Shown: in pieces, positions 25,901-39,421 of the stretch
How positions within the stretch are numbered: position 1 is the first letter of the stretch
Layout of the letters: each line of letters begins with the position of its first letter
Source of the DNA: Kudoa neothunni
Lineage: Eukaryota; Animalia; Cnidaria
Reading direction: 5' to 3'
Length of the DNA stretch: 64,000 nucleotides
Assembly: GCA_964304625.1 (NCBI GenBank)
Contig: OZ199840.1
Coordinates: 5,938,584-6,002,583, forward strand
Made by a program: the position numbers and the translations under genes
The notes under the pieces: generated by a model
Database searches by the model: none
The model's input: the letters and a program-made list of their open reading frames with translations, nothing else
Told to the model about the DNA's origin: nothing

Positions 25901-28900
25901 AGTTGACCATGTAAGATAATGCAGGGAGCACTCGTCTTCGTGATAGACCATCAACATCTTCATCAGCTTCATCTTCCAATTGTAGTCCATCTGCACCCAT
26001 CTACACATGAAATAATTTATTTGAATCATATTTAGTTCACTGGAACTAGCATATCACTTACAGCTTGCATGTATTTTAGAAGAATATCTTTGCTTTTAGG
26101 ATCGTTCACATCGATCGACTTCAAGAGTTCTTTTGAATTTTTGAAGATCTCCATAGCAGTTTTTCTATCTCTGAATTGTTCTATTGATAATTCATCTTGA
26201 GTGATTTTCATTTCATCTGTGGAGGTAGTATCTACTGTGGATCCATATGGCTCGGTACTACCTGTGGCGACGCCAGTAGCAGATTCTTCATTTAAAACTA
26301 GTTGTTCATCTTTTTCAAAATTCACCTGTGACGCTCGACAAGAATTGGCAAGGGTTGTCTCAGAATTTAACATAGCTTCATTAGATTTCACGTCTGTAAA
26401 TTCTTGCGACTCGGAATCATTATTGGTAATGTAAGATGCAACATTCGTTGAGTTTTTACGGGATGAACTAACTAGATTCAACGAACTTCGGGACCCATTT
26501 TTGATCGAAGCATTTGAGCTCTTTCTTATCATACAAGTAATCTCAATGGAGTCAGCCTCAGCTATAGTTCCGCTATCCCACATAGAAGTTGGTCTGGAAT
26601 TGGTATTAGACAATTTCCTCACAGGCGAATAATCTGCAGATACGGTAGAACCGCTAATGTGATTAATACCAAGATTGTCTCTTGATTCCAAGTCTATGTG
26701 AGGAAAAACGGCATATCAGTGTGATCCCTACGGTTACATGAATGTGTTACCTGCGTTTGATTTGCATTGGGTATCAGGGTCAATAAAACTGTTTGGGTAA
26801 GGGGATATGTTACTCCTTTGTGTACTGTCGGATTGTGTAATGCTTGCACCACCATCAAGTCGGTTAAAATCCTCATCATTTTTCCGATTTTTGATAAGAA
26901 TTTTATTTTTCAGCATGGCGGGAGATGGAAATTCCACTCCGTCTTCCAACTAATGAAGAAATTAATAACATAAATTTTTAACTTTTAAAATTATTTTTAA
27001 GTATAAGGTCGTTTTTACAAATTAATTTTACAAAGAATATTACTACAATTCAATTTGTTAACCGAAAATTCTATATTCTGGTGGATATGTTCACTCATGT
27101 TTAGTTTATTTGAAGGTTTTAGCGCAACAATACATACTATTAGATAATTTTTTTTAATTAGAAGAAAAATAGTTGAGATGGATCATAATGGATATTTAAT
27201 AAATAATAAAATGTTTACAGATTTATGGATAATTTACAAATTATAAATAACTATTTTTAAGGTTCCTCAATCGAACTCGGAATTTTTGTTGTTCTGACCA
27301 AACATCGAGCTTAAACGTTAAAATCTCCTTTAGTAATTACTTTTTATGATTTTTGTGTCAAAAACAGACCCCTATGGAAAACACGTACATTCTTACACTT
27401 CATAATTAAATTCATTTCGGGTACCAAGAAAAGATTTATTTAATGTCTTTAATAGGCTTCATTTAATTATTTTTATTTAAATTTTATTCATAGAGACATT
27501 ATAACATAAAATGGGCCACTTTTATATTATTATAAAACCGAGAACGAACGATCTCATTAATAAAGTAAGATGAAAAATGTGAGACGAACGCTTAAAAAAG
27601 TTTAGAAAATTGAATGGGTTTATTTAATATCTTATAAAATGGGATTATAAGCGGAATTTTCTCATTCTATTGATGACACGTGGCGGAAACTAATCAAACA
27701 CATTGATTTCTAGGGTTGAGTTTTCACAGGGAAATTATTTTAGAATGTGATCTATAAAAATATTAAATATAATTTTTTCTGTTTCTATTTTAATAAGGTC
27801 AGAAATTCGTTAACAATTTTTTAATTACAATATTTAACTTAAATCTAGTCGCTAGCTTGATGGTAATATTTAATTGATAGAAAAATTGAATGAAAAAGAA
27901 TAATTTGTAAGCGCATAACAATTTTTTTAATGTAAATGTTTCCGGCATATAAACTAGTTTCATCATAAACTATTATGATAAACCAAACATATAAAAGAAT
28001 TATAACCATTCCTGATTAATAATACAGTAGGTTGAAAATTATGTTAACGTTTAAGTACGAATTTGGGTCAGAACCAAAAAAAAGTGCTAAGTGCAATCGT
28101 AAACGTGCTGAGTTCCATTGCAAAAGTGCCGAATTTAATTGAGGAACTCCATAATTTTGATTAGGCTATTCAGAAGCGTCACGAATCTTTGAAAATTATT
28201 TATAGTAAAATTAACAATCTAAAAGAAATTAAGAAATCTGATCGGACAAATAAATCATTTAATTTTCGAAAATTTATACATATCTAAATTTTTCTCATCA
28301 ATTATTAATTATTAAAGGATAACTTTATAATGATTGAGAATTTTAACAACTAGTCAAGTTTTACAAAATATAACCTACAGGATAATCCTCCAAGGGGTTC
28401 TGAAGAACTAGTGACCCCAAAACTTCTTTGATATATTTCACCATCAATCGCTGCCCTTTTGTACTATCGTAGAGATACAATATTACAAATACTACCTCAA
28501 TAGCAATGTGACAAGTTACCCACAATGATTCTCAAATGATAATATCACTGGAAATTCTGAAGTGACAAAGGCGCATTTCTTGATACATTTTAGCACTTCC
28601 TAGAGAAAGAGAGAGCGATAGGAATTTTGTGATTTTAGGTGGATCAACAATTCTAAGAGTTACTTTGAACGAAATACTAGTACAAAGGGCATGCCCGTGA
28701 GTGATAATTGGTTCATGTTGTGGACCATCCCAAATATCCAGTTCGAGACATCTATTAACAGAGAAACGATAAAAAGTCATACTAACGTAGAAATCAATAT
28801 CGGAAACCCAAAATTATACCTGCATCCCATCAGAAGAACTTGGCGATACATTTCAACGCTGGATTTGGAATTTATCTGCCATTCTACATTGGTCAACCGA

Positions 28901-30421
28901 TTGTTAACAAAAATCCACAAAAAATAAAAACACATACTGTTGAGATAAGTGTTGTGAGAAGAGTTGATAAAATAATGATTTAATGGCTGGTTCATATTGT
29001 GGAGTTGCGTTTGATGAATGGTGTTCATGAAAGGATTGTGTGAGCTATACATGTACGCCTTGATACTATCGATTGGACTGGATAATTCTATGCCACAGTA
29101 TCTACGTTAAACGAGATAAACTTATAATCGCTACTTTGATTTTCATGCAGTTCTTTTTTCATTAATAGTAACGTTTCTTTGTACGTTTTAACGGCGTTTT
29201 CTTTTTCGATGTCGATATTTTTTACAGAGCTATACTTTTCGTATTGATTTTCGAGAATGAATGAGACGAATTTATTCTCTAAATCAACTCCAATCATGTG
29301 AGCACTCCTAGAATTTTATATCAATAATTTATGGAATAAGATAAATAAGCTAATATGGTCAACTATCTATTACAATGGTCCCAATATTTCATCCATATCG
29401 TGGCGAACACAATAATGCGAATACAACTCGTAAAAGTTGTAGATATTAAAGTTTTCCATCTTCACATGAGTCAAATCGTTTACACTGATTATTCTTTTGC
29501 CGACCAAAAATGTTTCACTTATTGGAGAGAGTTTATTGATGTGAAACAACCTCATCACTCTAATAATCCGAATAGAAATATTGTCACGAATAGAAGGTAC
29601 GTTTTCAGAAGAAGTTTTCCTGTAAGGGTATATTGAGCTTTTAATTTATAATACCTATTTGATCATGTATCAAAAATTCAATTCTCAACTATTATAGATT
29701 ACTGTTTTTGTAGTAAATCTCCCACACTTTGGAGTGTAAACCTTCGAAGATTGTTAATCAGTTTGTTGAGAAAATTCACCCATAACTAATGGGAATAGAT
29801 TACCAATTAATAGATAATATAATAAATATTCTTGTTAAAGTGACTTTCATTTCAAAATATTAATGATGCGTCTATCAAAAGTACCCCACATGAATCTGTA
29901 TTGTGAATGTAGATCAATGTGTAGCATGTGTCTGCGATCGAGGGTCCATGCACAATGGTAAATGAACCTTTGTAAGGATCTTCAACGTTGATATCAGCCT
30001 TTGAAACCTACGCAATAATAGTTTAATTTTCTGCTTGGTTAAATAATCCAAATACCCCAGCTGGAAAGTAACCGGTAGCTATATCACTCGCATCAGTTAG
30101 ATCAATTATATTGATATCCTAGAATGTAAAAATAAAAAATTATAAATGTTGTAGTTTTCAATGTTGGTTTTAGTGTGACTCCAATAACCAATTATAATCA
30201 CCAATGATGGCTGTATACCTTTCCATTATAAAAAAATAAATGAAATCCAATTTCATCAAGTAATATATCTCCCCAACCACTAGCTACACCCTAGTTGGTT
30301 TGAAACAATTAAATTTATTTAGAGTCAATATAATGTTTACTTGTTTAAAGAAATATGCCTTAGTAGGTTTAATTAATTCTTCGGGTAGATCCTCTTTGCC
30401 TAGTTTGAGTTGAGGAAACAT
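19965..30421 (-). CDS. PLCB: Phosphoinositide phospholipase C beta (PH, EF, X, Y, C2, C-terminal coiled coil), multi-exon
   Basis: Starts [21 protein letters not shown]...[10 protein letters not shown] (PLC-beta PH domain). X box: [11 protein letters not shown]...[24 protein letters not shown]...EPIITHG...ILSFENHC. Y box: [12 protein letters not shown]...[17 protein letters not shown]2: GYRHIPM. Helical tail ends ...PQIDTIQE* (stop 19965-19967). The junctions I traced join in frame through GT-AG introns. Confidence 0.95.
23503..24525. mobile_element. hAT MITE in PLCB intron
   Basis: TIRs CAGCGCTTCCC / GGGAAGCCCTG. 8-bp TSD ATGTAGGT / ATGTAGAT (7/8). Confidence 0.85.
24537..25165. mobile_element. 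pogo/Tigger MITE in PLCB intron (629 bp)
   Basis: TIRs CAGTCGAATCTCGATTATCCGGAA / TTCCGGATAATCAGGGTTTGACTG (20/24), TA on both sides. Confidence 0.9.
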
Positions 30422-31585
30422 GGTTGTTCACAACGCAAATTTGCTAAGAAATTAAATAATTTTGGAAGCTCTTGTCTTTCTCGAACAAATTGACCAAATT
30501 CACAGTATTAATCTAGGTAAAAGATTTATTGAATAGGTAGCCTCAACTCAATAACTTTCGAATAGATTCGTATGGAAATAACACTCATATAAACGTATGT
30601 ATAGGTGTCGGTTAGTGGTTCTCTATTTATATTAATACGATTGATATCAACCCCAAACGAACTCGATCTAATACTATTACATTAAATATGTTTATTTACT
30701 GGACAAGCTGGTATGAATAGTTGGCAGGATTTCCAAATTCAGTGAAACATCTACAAAATGAAATTTTGGTGTTTGTGTTGCATTTATTTCTAGTAATTAT
30801 ATTAAGGTCTTTTGAACAACAATCATTATTCAACCACTTGACCAAAATCTTTAATTAATCAAAAAACAGCAAGAATTTCTTCTTCTCCATATTCTAGAAT
30901 TTTTGTATATACAACAAATTTATATATATGGTTATAGTGGTAATATTATTTTAATCCACAAAACCAGCCAGTGGCAACTGCCTAATCTTATCAATATATT
31001 TGGGAAGAATGTAAAAAATTATTTACATTTCTTAGTTTAGCATATTATCAATCAATACTTATTATGCTACAAATATTTCACAAAAGATATATTTTATCGA
31101 TCGCCCCTATCTAACAAACAATGAATGTAACTTATAGTCGTATTAAAAAAATTAACACTATTAAACCGATTTAATAATTAAATTAATCGCATGTTAATAA
31201 AATTAGGTTATTATAAATAATTTTAAAGTAATCATGTGACGAAAAAAACACATAATCTTATCAAAAACCTGCAAGCGATTACCAACAGCTAAACAGATAA
31301 ATAAAAAAAGATTTTCTGTCTTCAATGATTAAGTAAATACATTTGTTACTCACACTAACAATTTCATAGTAATTATACGATATGTTTTTAATATATCAGT
31401 AAAACTAAACGGAATTATCCATGTAATAGTATTAAACCCCAAAAAAGACAGCCGAGATAATTTGTTGAATGAACTCGAGGTCGGGAATAGAGAAAATTAC
31501 GTAATATTTGGATACCGTTGTGTAAACCTCATTTGAACGAATAATCAGACGAATAATATGTGTCTTCTTATAATAAATATTGTTT

Positions 31586-31801
31586 AGCAGAAGCCATTTG
31601 CATGGTAAAATTTAATTCTAAACGTCACGTACGCGTGCTCAAAGATAATTTTCAAGCTGTATACAGATATATTTTTTTTAAAATATGCTATATTTAATTA
31701 TTTATGACCCCTAAGAGTCAAGCTGTGGACCGAAAAATAATTAAATACGGTCAAAACTAATGACACCTGAACATTATTAATTGTGCCTATAGCTACTCCC
31801 C
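31586..31801. mobile_element. Mutator-family MITE, decayed copy
   Basis: Ends AGCAGAAGCCATTTGCATGG / GTGCCTATAGCTACTCCC. Internal AAAAATAATTAAAT..GTCAAAACTA is shared with 8100-8338. TSD not conserved. Confidence 0.65.
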
Positions 31802-32619
31802 TATTTGAATGCCACCTCAAAAAATTACCTTATTGTTAAAATTAAACTACTAAATTTTGAACAAAAGCCCAATTCTTAAGTATAAAAAATGGCTTCATAC
31901 CTTCAAAATAAATTTAACAATTAAAAAATGTTAACATTCTTTACTGAATTTATTATACAACATATCTAGAAATCATAAATGTGAACCAAGAACTCCATAT
32001 AAAAATTTTTCTTAAAGGTCAATAGGTTCACATCTCTAAAAAAGTATTTCCGTATATTTTAGATAAGGCTATTTGAGCAGGCGAGAATGTATGACACGTG
32101 TGACTCACAACTAAAACCCCTGAACATATTAGTAATATAATAAATGGCAGTTCCATTCTTTAAACATATTCCATCAGTTAGTATATCATTTTATAGGTAC
32201 ATTATAGGTGAAATTAATAAATAAACGTTAATATCAATCAGTAATTTTTAATGAAAAATTAACCCAATAAATAAATTTTGTATAAATGAAGAAATAAAAA
32301 TACCCTTACAAATTAATGAATTCAACTTAGTAAGATCTCAGCAATTCTACAAGATATTCTTTATCGTAAGAATAATCAATTCTTTATTTTAGTACATATT
32401 TAAATTTAAGTTGAGTATGAATGGAAAATATTGTTGACACGATAATTTTATAATTCCAATTATTCACCCAAAAATATATTTTTTAATCGGTATAACTTAG
32501 CTTTTATTATTAATTGTTACGGTATTTAAAACAAAAAAAAGTGTTTTTAAAATAAAAAAAGAGGGGGCCATTTTTTGAGAGTGACACGTGTTTTAACAAT
32601 AAACTAGTGTTTTATTTAA

Positions 32620-34923
32620 GGCAGTGTCTATTGGCCCGAACAAATTGATTTACCTAATTTTCGAGCGTTTCATTATAGTAAATCTGTGTTGTCTGATATA
32701 AAACAACTTGCAAGTGCTTACTTAATTTTTTTATTGAGTTATATCGGTTAAAAATATTCTGTATTATGTAATATGGTTTCGACTAAATGGGCCGTAAAAA
32801 GTCTTTTTATTGAGTTTATGAGTTATTTATTTATTCAAATGAACATTTTTAGTTCTGATTTAATTTTTAACTATCTATGTAACTAAAATTTATATTTTAA
32901 TAGTTTTAATTTTATTGTAACGTGCGTTGATTTGATTGTAATCATCCCCTAATGTCTAATGTTGTAATACAAAATTATTGTAAAAAAATGTAGGATTTTT
33001 CACCAGACCAAAAATATAAAGTATATAGTTGTTGTATTTAAAGATATTTGGTTATAGCAAAAGAAAAATTTTGATTTTACTCCTACGCGCGTGTTTACGA
33101 AATGGGATTGCCTGAACTTAATACGATTTCTTAAACCGGAAATACTTTTAGCATTTTTGGTGAGTTAAAGTTGAAAATAGAGTAATACGAACAAAACTCC
33201 ATGGGTAGTTTATCTATATATGACTCTTAAACCATCAAAAGAACTTAGAAGCGATGTAATAAAACGTTAAATCCAATACTTTAGTTTTATCATACAAAAT
33301 ACTGCTGGATTCATCGCGACAAAAACTTAAATAAATTTTGTATATGCATTCAAGTTTGAAAACATGCAGTCGTTATTTTGGAGAAAACGATCTGTTGGTA
33401 AAAGAAATTCGAATTCTTATTACAAAGCATGCCCAATGTTTCTAAAATTTTCAGTCACCGCCGACGCAAAAAAATTCGTATTAAAATCCTTTGACTTATC
33501 ACATAACCATGATTCTATGAACTTTCCATCACAATTTTTGCATTGTAGAAATAAAATTTCAAAGGATGAAAGTGATCTTATCGCTCAATTTGTTTAAGTT
33601 GACGGAAATTCCAAAGTAATTCAAGAAAAAATATTACGAGAAAGGGGAATTTTGTTTCATTGAATAAAGTGTCTAACATGAAGCACTCTTGTAAATCACA
33701 TACAAAGAGCCTGCAATTTTAAAAAACTTCAAATAAAAAAGGAAGATATTTAGAGATATGGGAAATCAACAATGAGACTATAGGCTGCGACATATGTCTT
33801 CAATCGAGCTATTTTAAATGCAAACATATTAAACTGAACCCGTCATCAAAATATTAGAGTTGTATGAATTGTAAAACAGAAGAATGATAGTAAGAGAAAT
33901 TGTGATAAAAAAGCTTTCGTTTTAATTCATATGCTATTTAAATATATCTTATACCATTATGAATATGTATTTTACCCATCCATAAGATGGTATTCATGTT
34001 ACAATAATTTAAAAGGATTTTTTTATCAAATATATTCAATCAATTTTACAAAATTCATGTAGTCATGTAGTTGAATTCATGAGAACATCGTTGTGATACA
34101 TGGCTTGGTGAAAAACGTCCAAGTCCAACGTTTTTTGAATAAAATCGCCAATAAAAAGTTATATTTTTAGACGTTGAAAATAATGGTCCAAATATGAATA
34201 AAATTGTTATAGTGGATAATAGCAACTATATATTTTAATTGAGAACATTAAATTTCAACTAGTATCGTCGAAATTCAGTTTGTATGTGAAGTGTCCTGAT
34301 TAGGTGACATTAAATTAGGTATAAATCAACAAATTTGATTCATTTTCAAATAAAAAAATCATATTCACAACATTTATTTACATTGAGTGATTTTATACCG
34401 ATATTATAAAAAATATCAATGTCGGACATTTGACGCTATTTGGAGTTTTGGGTTTACGACAACCATTTATATGGTTGAAATCAATTAAAAAATATTGAAA
34501 ATAGCAAATAGCATGATTAAAACAGTGAATTCATTTAAAACTATGAATATAACACGGATATATCATATCAGAAAATTATTATTGCACAATACGTGGAACG
34601 AATAAATTTCTTACTGATGAAAAATCATAAAAACATTTCATTCAAATGTTAAACAAGTTTATGAAGAAAATAGAGCATTTACAGCGATAAATTACAATAA
34701 TGATGAGGATGGGTCTTTCCTAAGTAACGCCTTATATCACAGATTCCTGGGGACAAAATTCTTTTATTTTTTTCACATTAATATATAATCCATTTTAATA
34801 ATTTTTTGACTCATTAAAATTTAAAAAGAATCCCCTAAATAAGTAAAAACAATTTGTTCGTGCCAATAGCAACTCCCGATCGGCTGCGACTATTGGCCCG
34901 ACGTCGGGCCAATAGACATTTGC
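32620..34923 (+). mobile_element. Mutator-like (MULE) element with decayed FAR1/WRKY-like transposase N-terminus
   Basis: Left TIR GGCAGTGTCTATTGGCCCGAACAAATTG; right end GTCGGGCCAATAGACATTTGC. Perfect 9-bp TSD TTTATTTAA at 32611-32619 and 34924-34932. ORF 33364-33597 has a C..F.K...HNH motif (ACPMFLKF...DLSHNHD). Confidence 0.85.
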
Positions 34924-35119
34924 TTTATTTAATATTACAGTAAATGTATCTGTTATCTGGAGCGATTCTGTTAAGTTTGCTAATGTAACGAATTGTGTCT
35001 TCACAATCGTCGATAAAATTGAGGACTCTTCGCGCATTGTGTGAGCCCTTTCGGAAAATTTAAAAATGAAATTTATATAACGCCGCATTAAATTAAGTAC
35101 CGTATGGTCCTATATATTT

Positions 35120-35540
35120 TTGGTTTTAAGTTTTTATCCAAACATTTGTGAAAAGAGTTTTTTCTATAAACGACCGTCCAATTTGGAGCTAGAAGAAGCA
35201 ATTAATTCCAACAAACCGAAAGATCAAATTCAAAACTATGAACCTTCCAAATCTGAGGTGAATTTAGACGATTTGATAAATTACTTAACCAGACCAAAAC
35301 GATCAAAATATTGTTCGGACTCTAACGAAATTACCAATTTTTTAAATCACTCTGTGATGCCAGATCGTCTTGAAAAGATTTGTAACATTCTTTCTAACGT
35401 TAGGTCTACGAGTATTGGTTGGGCAAGAGGTTTTTTCTATGCAACCATGTTATTTACCCCCTGAGAACAAAATTGGGCGACTCGAAACTAGAAACCATTG
35501 TGTTTATTTGTGAGCATAGAAATGATTGGATTGAAATTTA
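35120..35540 (+). mobile_element. hAT transposase C-terminal remnant
   Basis: LEKICNILSNVRSTSIGWARGF... followed, after a frameshift, by PLRTKLGDSKLETIVFI. This is a degenerate hAT dimerisation motif. Confidence 0.5.
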
Positions 35541-36238
35541 AATTATGAGATTTTAATAGCATGTTTGAAAAAATTGTATCAAAATATTTATAATCACATT
35601 TAAGGTGGTAGTAATAAACAATTTAAATAATAAAATTAAAACGATAAAAGCTAATATAAAATTTAACTGTAAAATAATTCAAAATGTTGTTTAAAGAGTA
35701 TATTTTAATAAAGAACCACTATAATAAGACTTGAATCTATCACAAATTTACATATTTTTTGTGTGAAAAAAATTAATTCGGATAATTGAAAAAATTATCA
35801 TCAAAACTGAAACTCGTCTTAATCCCCACCCAAAAAGTTACGTCCTCTAAAAATTCCATAAAATTGGAGTTATTTTCATAAAATTTCATCGCGATAATCA
35901 AAGACTCGTTTACGGAAATGACCGCATGGGATAATAATGAGATTAATTTTTAAAGTATCTTGAATTTCTTCCTTATTTCCTACTCGCCTAATTTTTTGAA
36001 TACTACTGCACAACATTAATTAAATATCTGAATTTGTCTTTATGAAATAATCTAAAATTTTTACCATACAAAATAATCAAATGTTTTCTTATATATATAA
36101 TGTAAAAAAGTGTACAAATTTTTATTTTTTAATAGAATTTAAGCAAAAGACTTTAAAAAAGCTTAGATTTTCCTTCAAATAAATCTAAGCTACGAAGTTG
36201 TTCTAATATGTTAAATCTATACGCAGGCGCGGATCAGC

Positions 36239-37125
36239 ATGGTTTCTGTAGCAACGAGAAGTCGTCAAAACAAAAAAATTTCCAAATCAGAACGATCTGT
36301 AAAAAAATTTAACCCAAAAAACAATCAAATTAACCATGGTATATCCGTTCCGTGTTACAAAAGCGCAATAAGTAATACTTTTAGTGAATAAACAATCAGG
36401 AAATGAATATAGCGATAATTTTGACCAAATCTCACTCCAGCTATCGAAAAAACTATCAAACCTTAAGCGGTTATTGCGAAATATTATTTTTTGTATAATT
36501 TCATTGGATTATAAAGGAAAAAGATCAAAAAAGAGGAAAAAGAAAAGGAGATCACATTCATTATTAATCATTGTTTTTATGCATCAAATAAGAATAACAA
36601 AGTTAGCTTTTCTTTTAGATATAATAAATATAATTGTAACCATCAATTATTAGATTCTCTTGAAGAAATTAGTTATTGAATGCCTTCATTTTTCTCTCAA
36701 ATACGGTAACGATTCACAGCGTTGTAGATTGCAGGAATTGTTTGAAAGTGATTAGAACATAATGATTGATGAATTGACTTTGAGCGTTTTAGTAAACTTG
36801 GATTTGTATTTGACATGTCCAAAGGCCAGAGTGGTCCTCAAATATCTGTTCAAATATGCGAATGCCTCAAGACGGGAATTTCTTGTTAATATTCTATCAA
36901 GTCGAACATCGAAACTAATTCTAACCAAGGTATCAAATGAATTAGTTTGGACGTCCAATCACATTTTGATTTTTTTACCGAATAGAACTTGGGTCATACA
37001 TTAAACGAAATTTTTACGGAATATTTGTCAGTAAAACAAAAATATTTATTAATCAAAGATCTTTTCGGGAAACACTATTCATTGTATGAGGTAATGAATT
37101 TTTTCGGATGATTCGTTTGACATTG

Positions 37126-37156
<31 letters not shown>

Positions 37157-38841
37157 ATTATTATTATTATTATAGGTTAACAATCCTAAAAAAAGTTTAA
37201 TGGAGTATGGAGATGATCCACTATTTGAAAGTGGACTCGAAGATATCAAAAAACAGATTCTGTTATTTTCTTCCAAGTACTTTTTCGTTGGGTTCATTTT
37301 TTGTTGCATGGCGACGAATTTTAATTATAATCTTTGTTGTAGGTCGACAGTGCATACACCAATTATTCATTATTTTCTCCTTAAAGTTCACCAAATTTCA
37401 CCCACGTTGTTCCACTCCCATCTTTTACCTACAATATTTGATTGTTGTTTTGACAGCAAAATAGCTGCCACCGACGAAGACAATGTTGACAATGGAACCT
37501 TCTGTTCCACTCACTACGGTTGTGAATTAATCGCTAGAATTATTCATTTTCAACATTCTCACAACGAACAATATTCTAATTATCAGGAAAACTTTGAGAA
37601 AATCCATCAACTTTTGCGGAAAAATCTGGCAAATATTTTAAAGGTTTGCCGACCATTCTCGCCAATATTTGTTTTAATGAATGGTTTGTAGTTTTCCGGG
37701 GGGCTTGCTATAATTAAAACAATCACACTACTTCCGGAATACAAACAACTAATTATTGACTCCTTATGGACACCATTTCTGTCGGATATAAGCGGTCATG
37801 TGGGTAATGTTGATGGAAACAGTCAATATTGTTTGAATTTGTTGGAATCTCTCCCGCCTAACAATCTCCTCACTCCTCCCTCAAAAAATACCAACTCTTA
37901 TTTGGACAACTTTATTAGCTCGGTTGCTTCGTTCTCATTGCTGTAAAACACTAAATTTTTGTTTTTATGGTGGTTAATTGTTTCCTTTGAATTTTTAGAT
38001 GTCAAGGTAGCAATCCAAACTACACTTGGGCTAGAAATGAACTTGTTGATGAGCATTGTTCGTTTGTTGGAGATAAATTGGTTGAACACTTTGTTAAAAA
38101 TTCCAAGCTAATCCCAACCGAACACAACTATGGTTTCACTTTTGCCCAATGGAGACCTCTTATTGATCAACGTTAATACGTGATTTTTGATTGTGTTACT
38201 AATCTCCTCCAAGGACAAATCAGCAAAATATACTCCAACCTTGTAAACTACTTGAACGTACCATACAATGACCCCACCGGCAACCATACAAATAAAGTTT
38301 TGCTCCAGTTTTCTTACGTATTGTTGTCAGCTGCTATTTATTTAGAAAACCCCTCCAGCGTGTGGATTATGGTTTGATGAAAAACCTGTCCCTAATGTTA
38401 TAAAAAAGATAATCGCAATCGAAAATTGCTGCGGTAGTTTTTTATTTTTTGCTGTTTTCAGCCCGTTTTATCATCTTAAAATAGGTGCGATCCCCATTAA
38501 TGATTCCCTCACTAACCAATTATTACAAAATATATCGATTGAAACCATGTGCACATGGTTGGGTCATAATGCTGGAGTTCGTTTTTTGTTGATGTAATTT
38601 CCTCATTTTTAGTTGTTGAATATTTTGATTGAGTTAATGATATAGGTTTGTTCAGACAGCCAAACCAAGCGGGGAATTATCCACTTTGGTGAGTCAGTTG
38701 AAGGCGGTCAACAATGAATTTTTCAATTCTAAACTGTAGTTGTTTTGTCACGTTTGCTAGCTGTTAGCTGCTAGCTGCTAGCTGGTGGTAAAATAACCTT
38801 GATGTTGATAGAATTTAGGTTTTGAGATGTTATTTAGATAG
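36239..38841 (+). CDS. PUM3: Pumilio-repeat nucleolar protein PUM3/Puf6-like, multi-exon
   Basis: The spliced product has a basic N-terminus, then LVIECLHFSLKYGNDSQR, ARVVLKYLFKYAN, QKYLLIKDLFGKHYSLY, CSTHYGCEL and MCTWLGHNAGVRFLL. These are collinear with the PUM3 motifs VIQCYIQYGNEEQR, NIVKKFLMYG, EELYGNTFQLY, AHTHDGARV and LKSWASVNRGAIIL as I recall them. 3' end uncertain (38739 or 38841). Confidence 0.8.
37124..37172 (+). repeat. (ATT)n microsatellite in a PUM3 intron
   Basis: About 15 ATT units with one interruption, running up to the acceptor AG. Confidence 0.95.
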
Positions 38842-39145
38842 CTTATGTTTTGTTGATTTATTTTCGCGCAAAAAATTAACAATAAGATCCACATAGCTCG
38901 ATATGGTGGCTCAATTTTATTTTAATGATGCTTTTATCGCTTAATGGATATCTTATAAAAAGTCAACAAGGAGAAATTTATTAGATTTACAGATATTAGG
39001 TGAAAATATTAATTTTTGTCGAACTATCATCTCATTAAACAAAGACGTGGGATCTCATTTTTTGGTATAGCAAATGATTTTAGATTTAAGTAAAATAACC
39101 TCCCAATCATAAATGTTTAAAATTCATCACGGCAACATGCATATA

Positions 39146-39421
39146 CAGTAACTTACTTATAGGCCGTACGTAATATCGCAATAAAACATAAATTAATCAA
39201 TATCTAGAAAATTTAACTCACACAATATAAGCTTGATAATATTAGTGACATATTACCTCAATTTTACTATCGAAAAATTACATTATCAATGGTTTTTATG
39301 CATTTTATGTATTTGATGTATGGTGAGCAATTATGGCTCACGCGTAATTAACTTTTCCATAAAACAAGAATTTATGGCTTGTGCGTAATGATTTCGATTA
39401 CTCATGACACTTAAGTCACTG
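39146..39421. mobile_element. Short Tc1/pogo-type MITE
   Basis: TA|CAGTAACTTA ... TAAGTCACTG|TA, with internal repeated ATGGCT..GCGTAAT. Confidence 0.55.
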
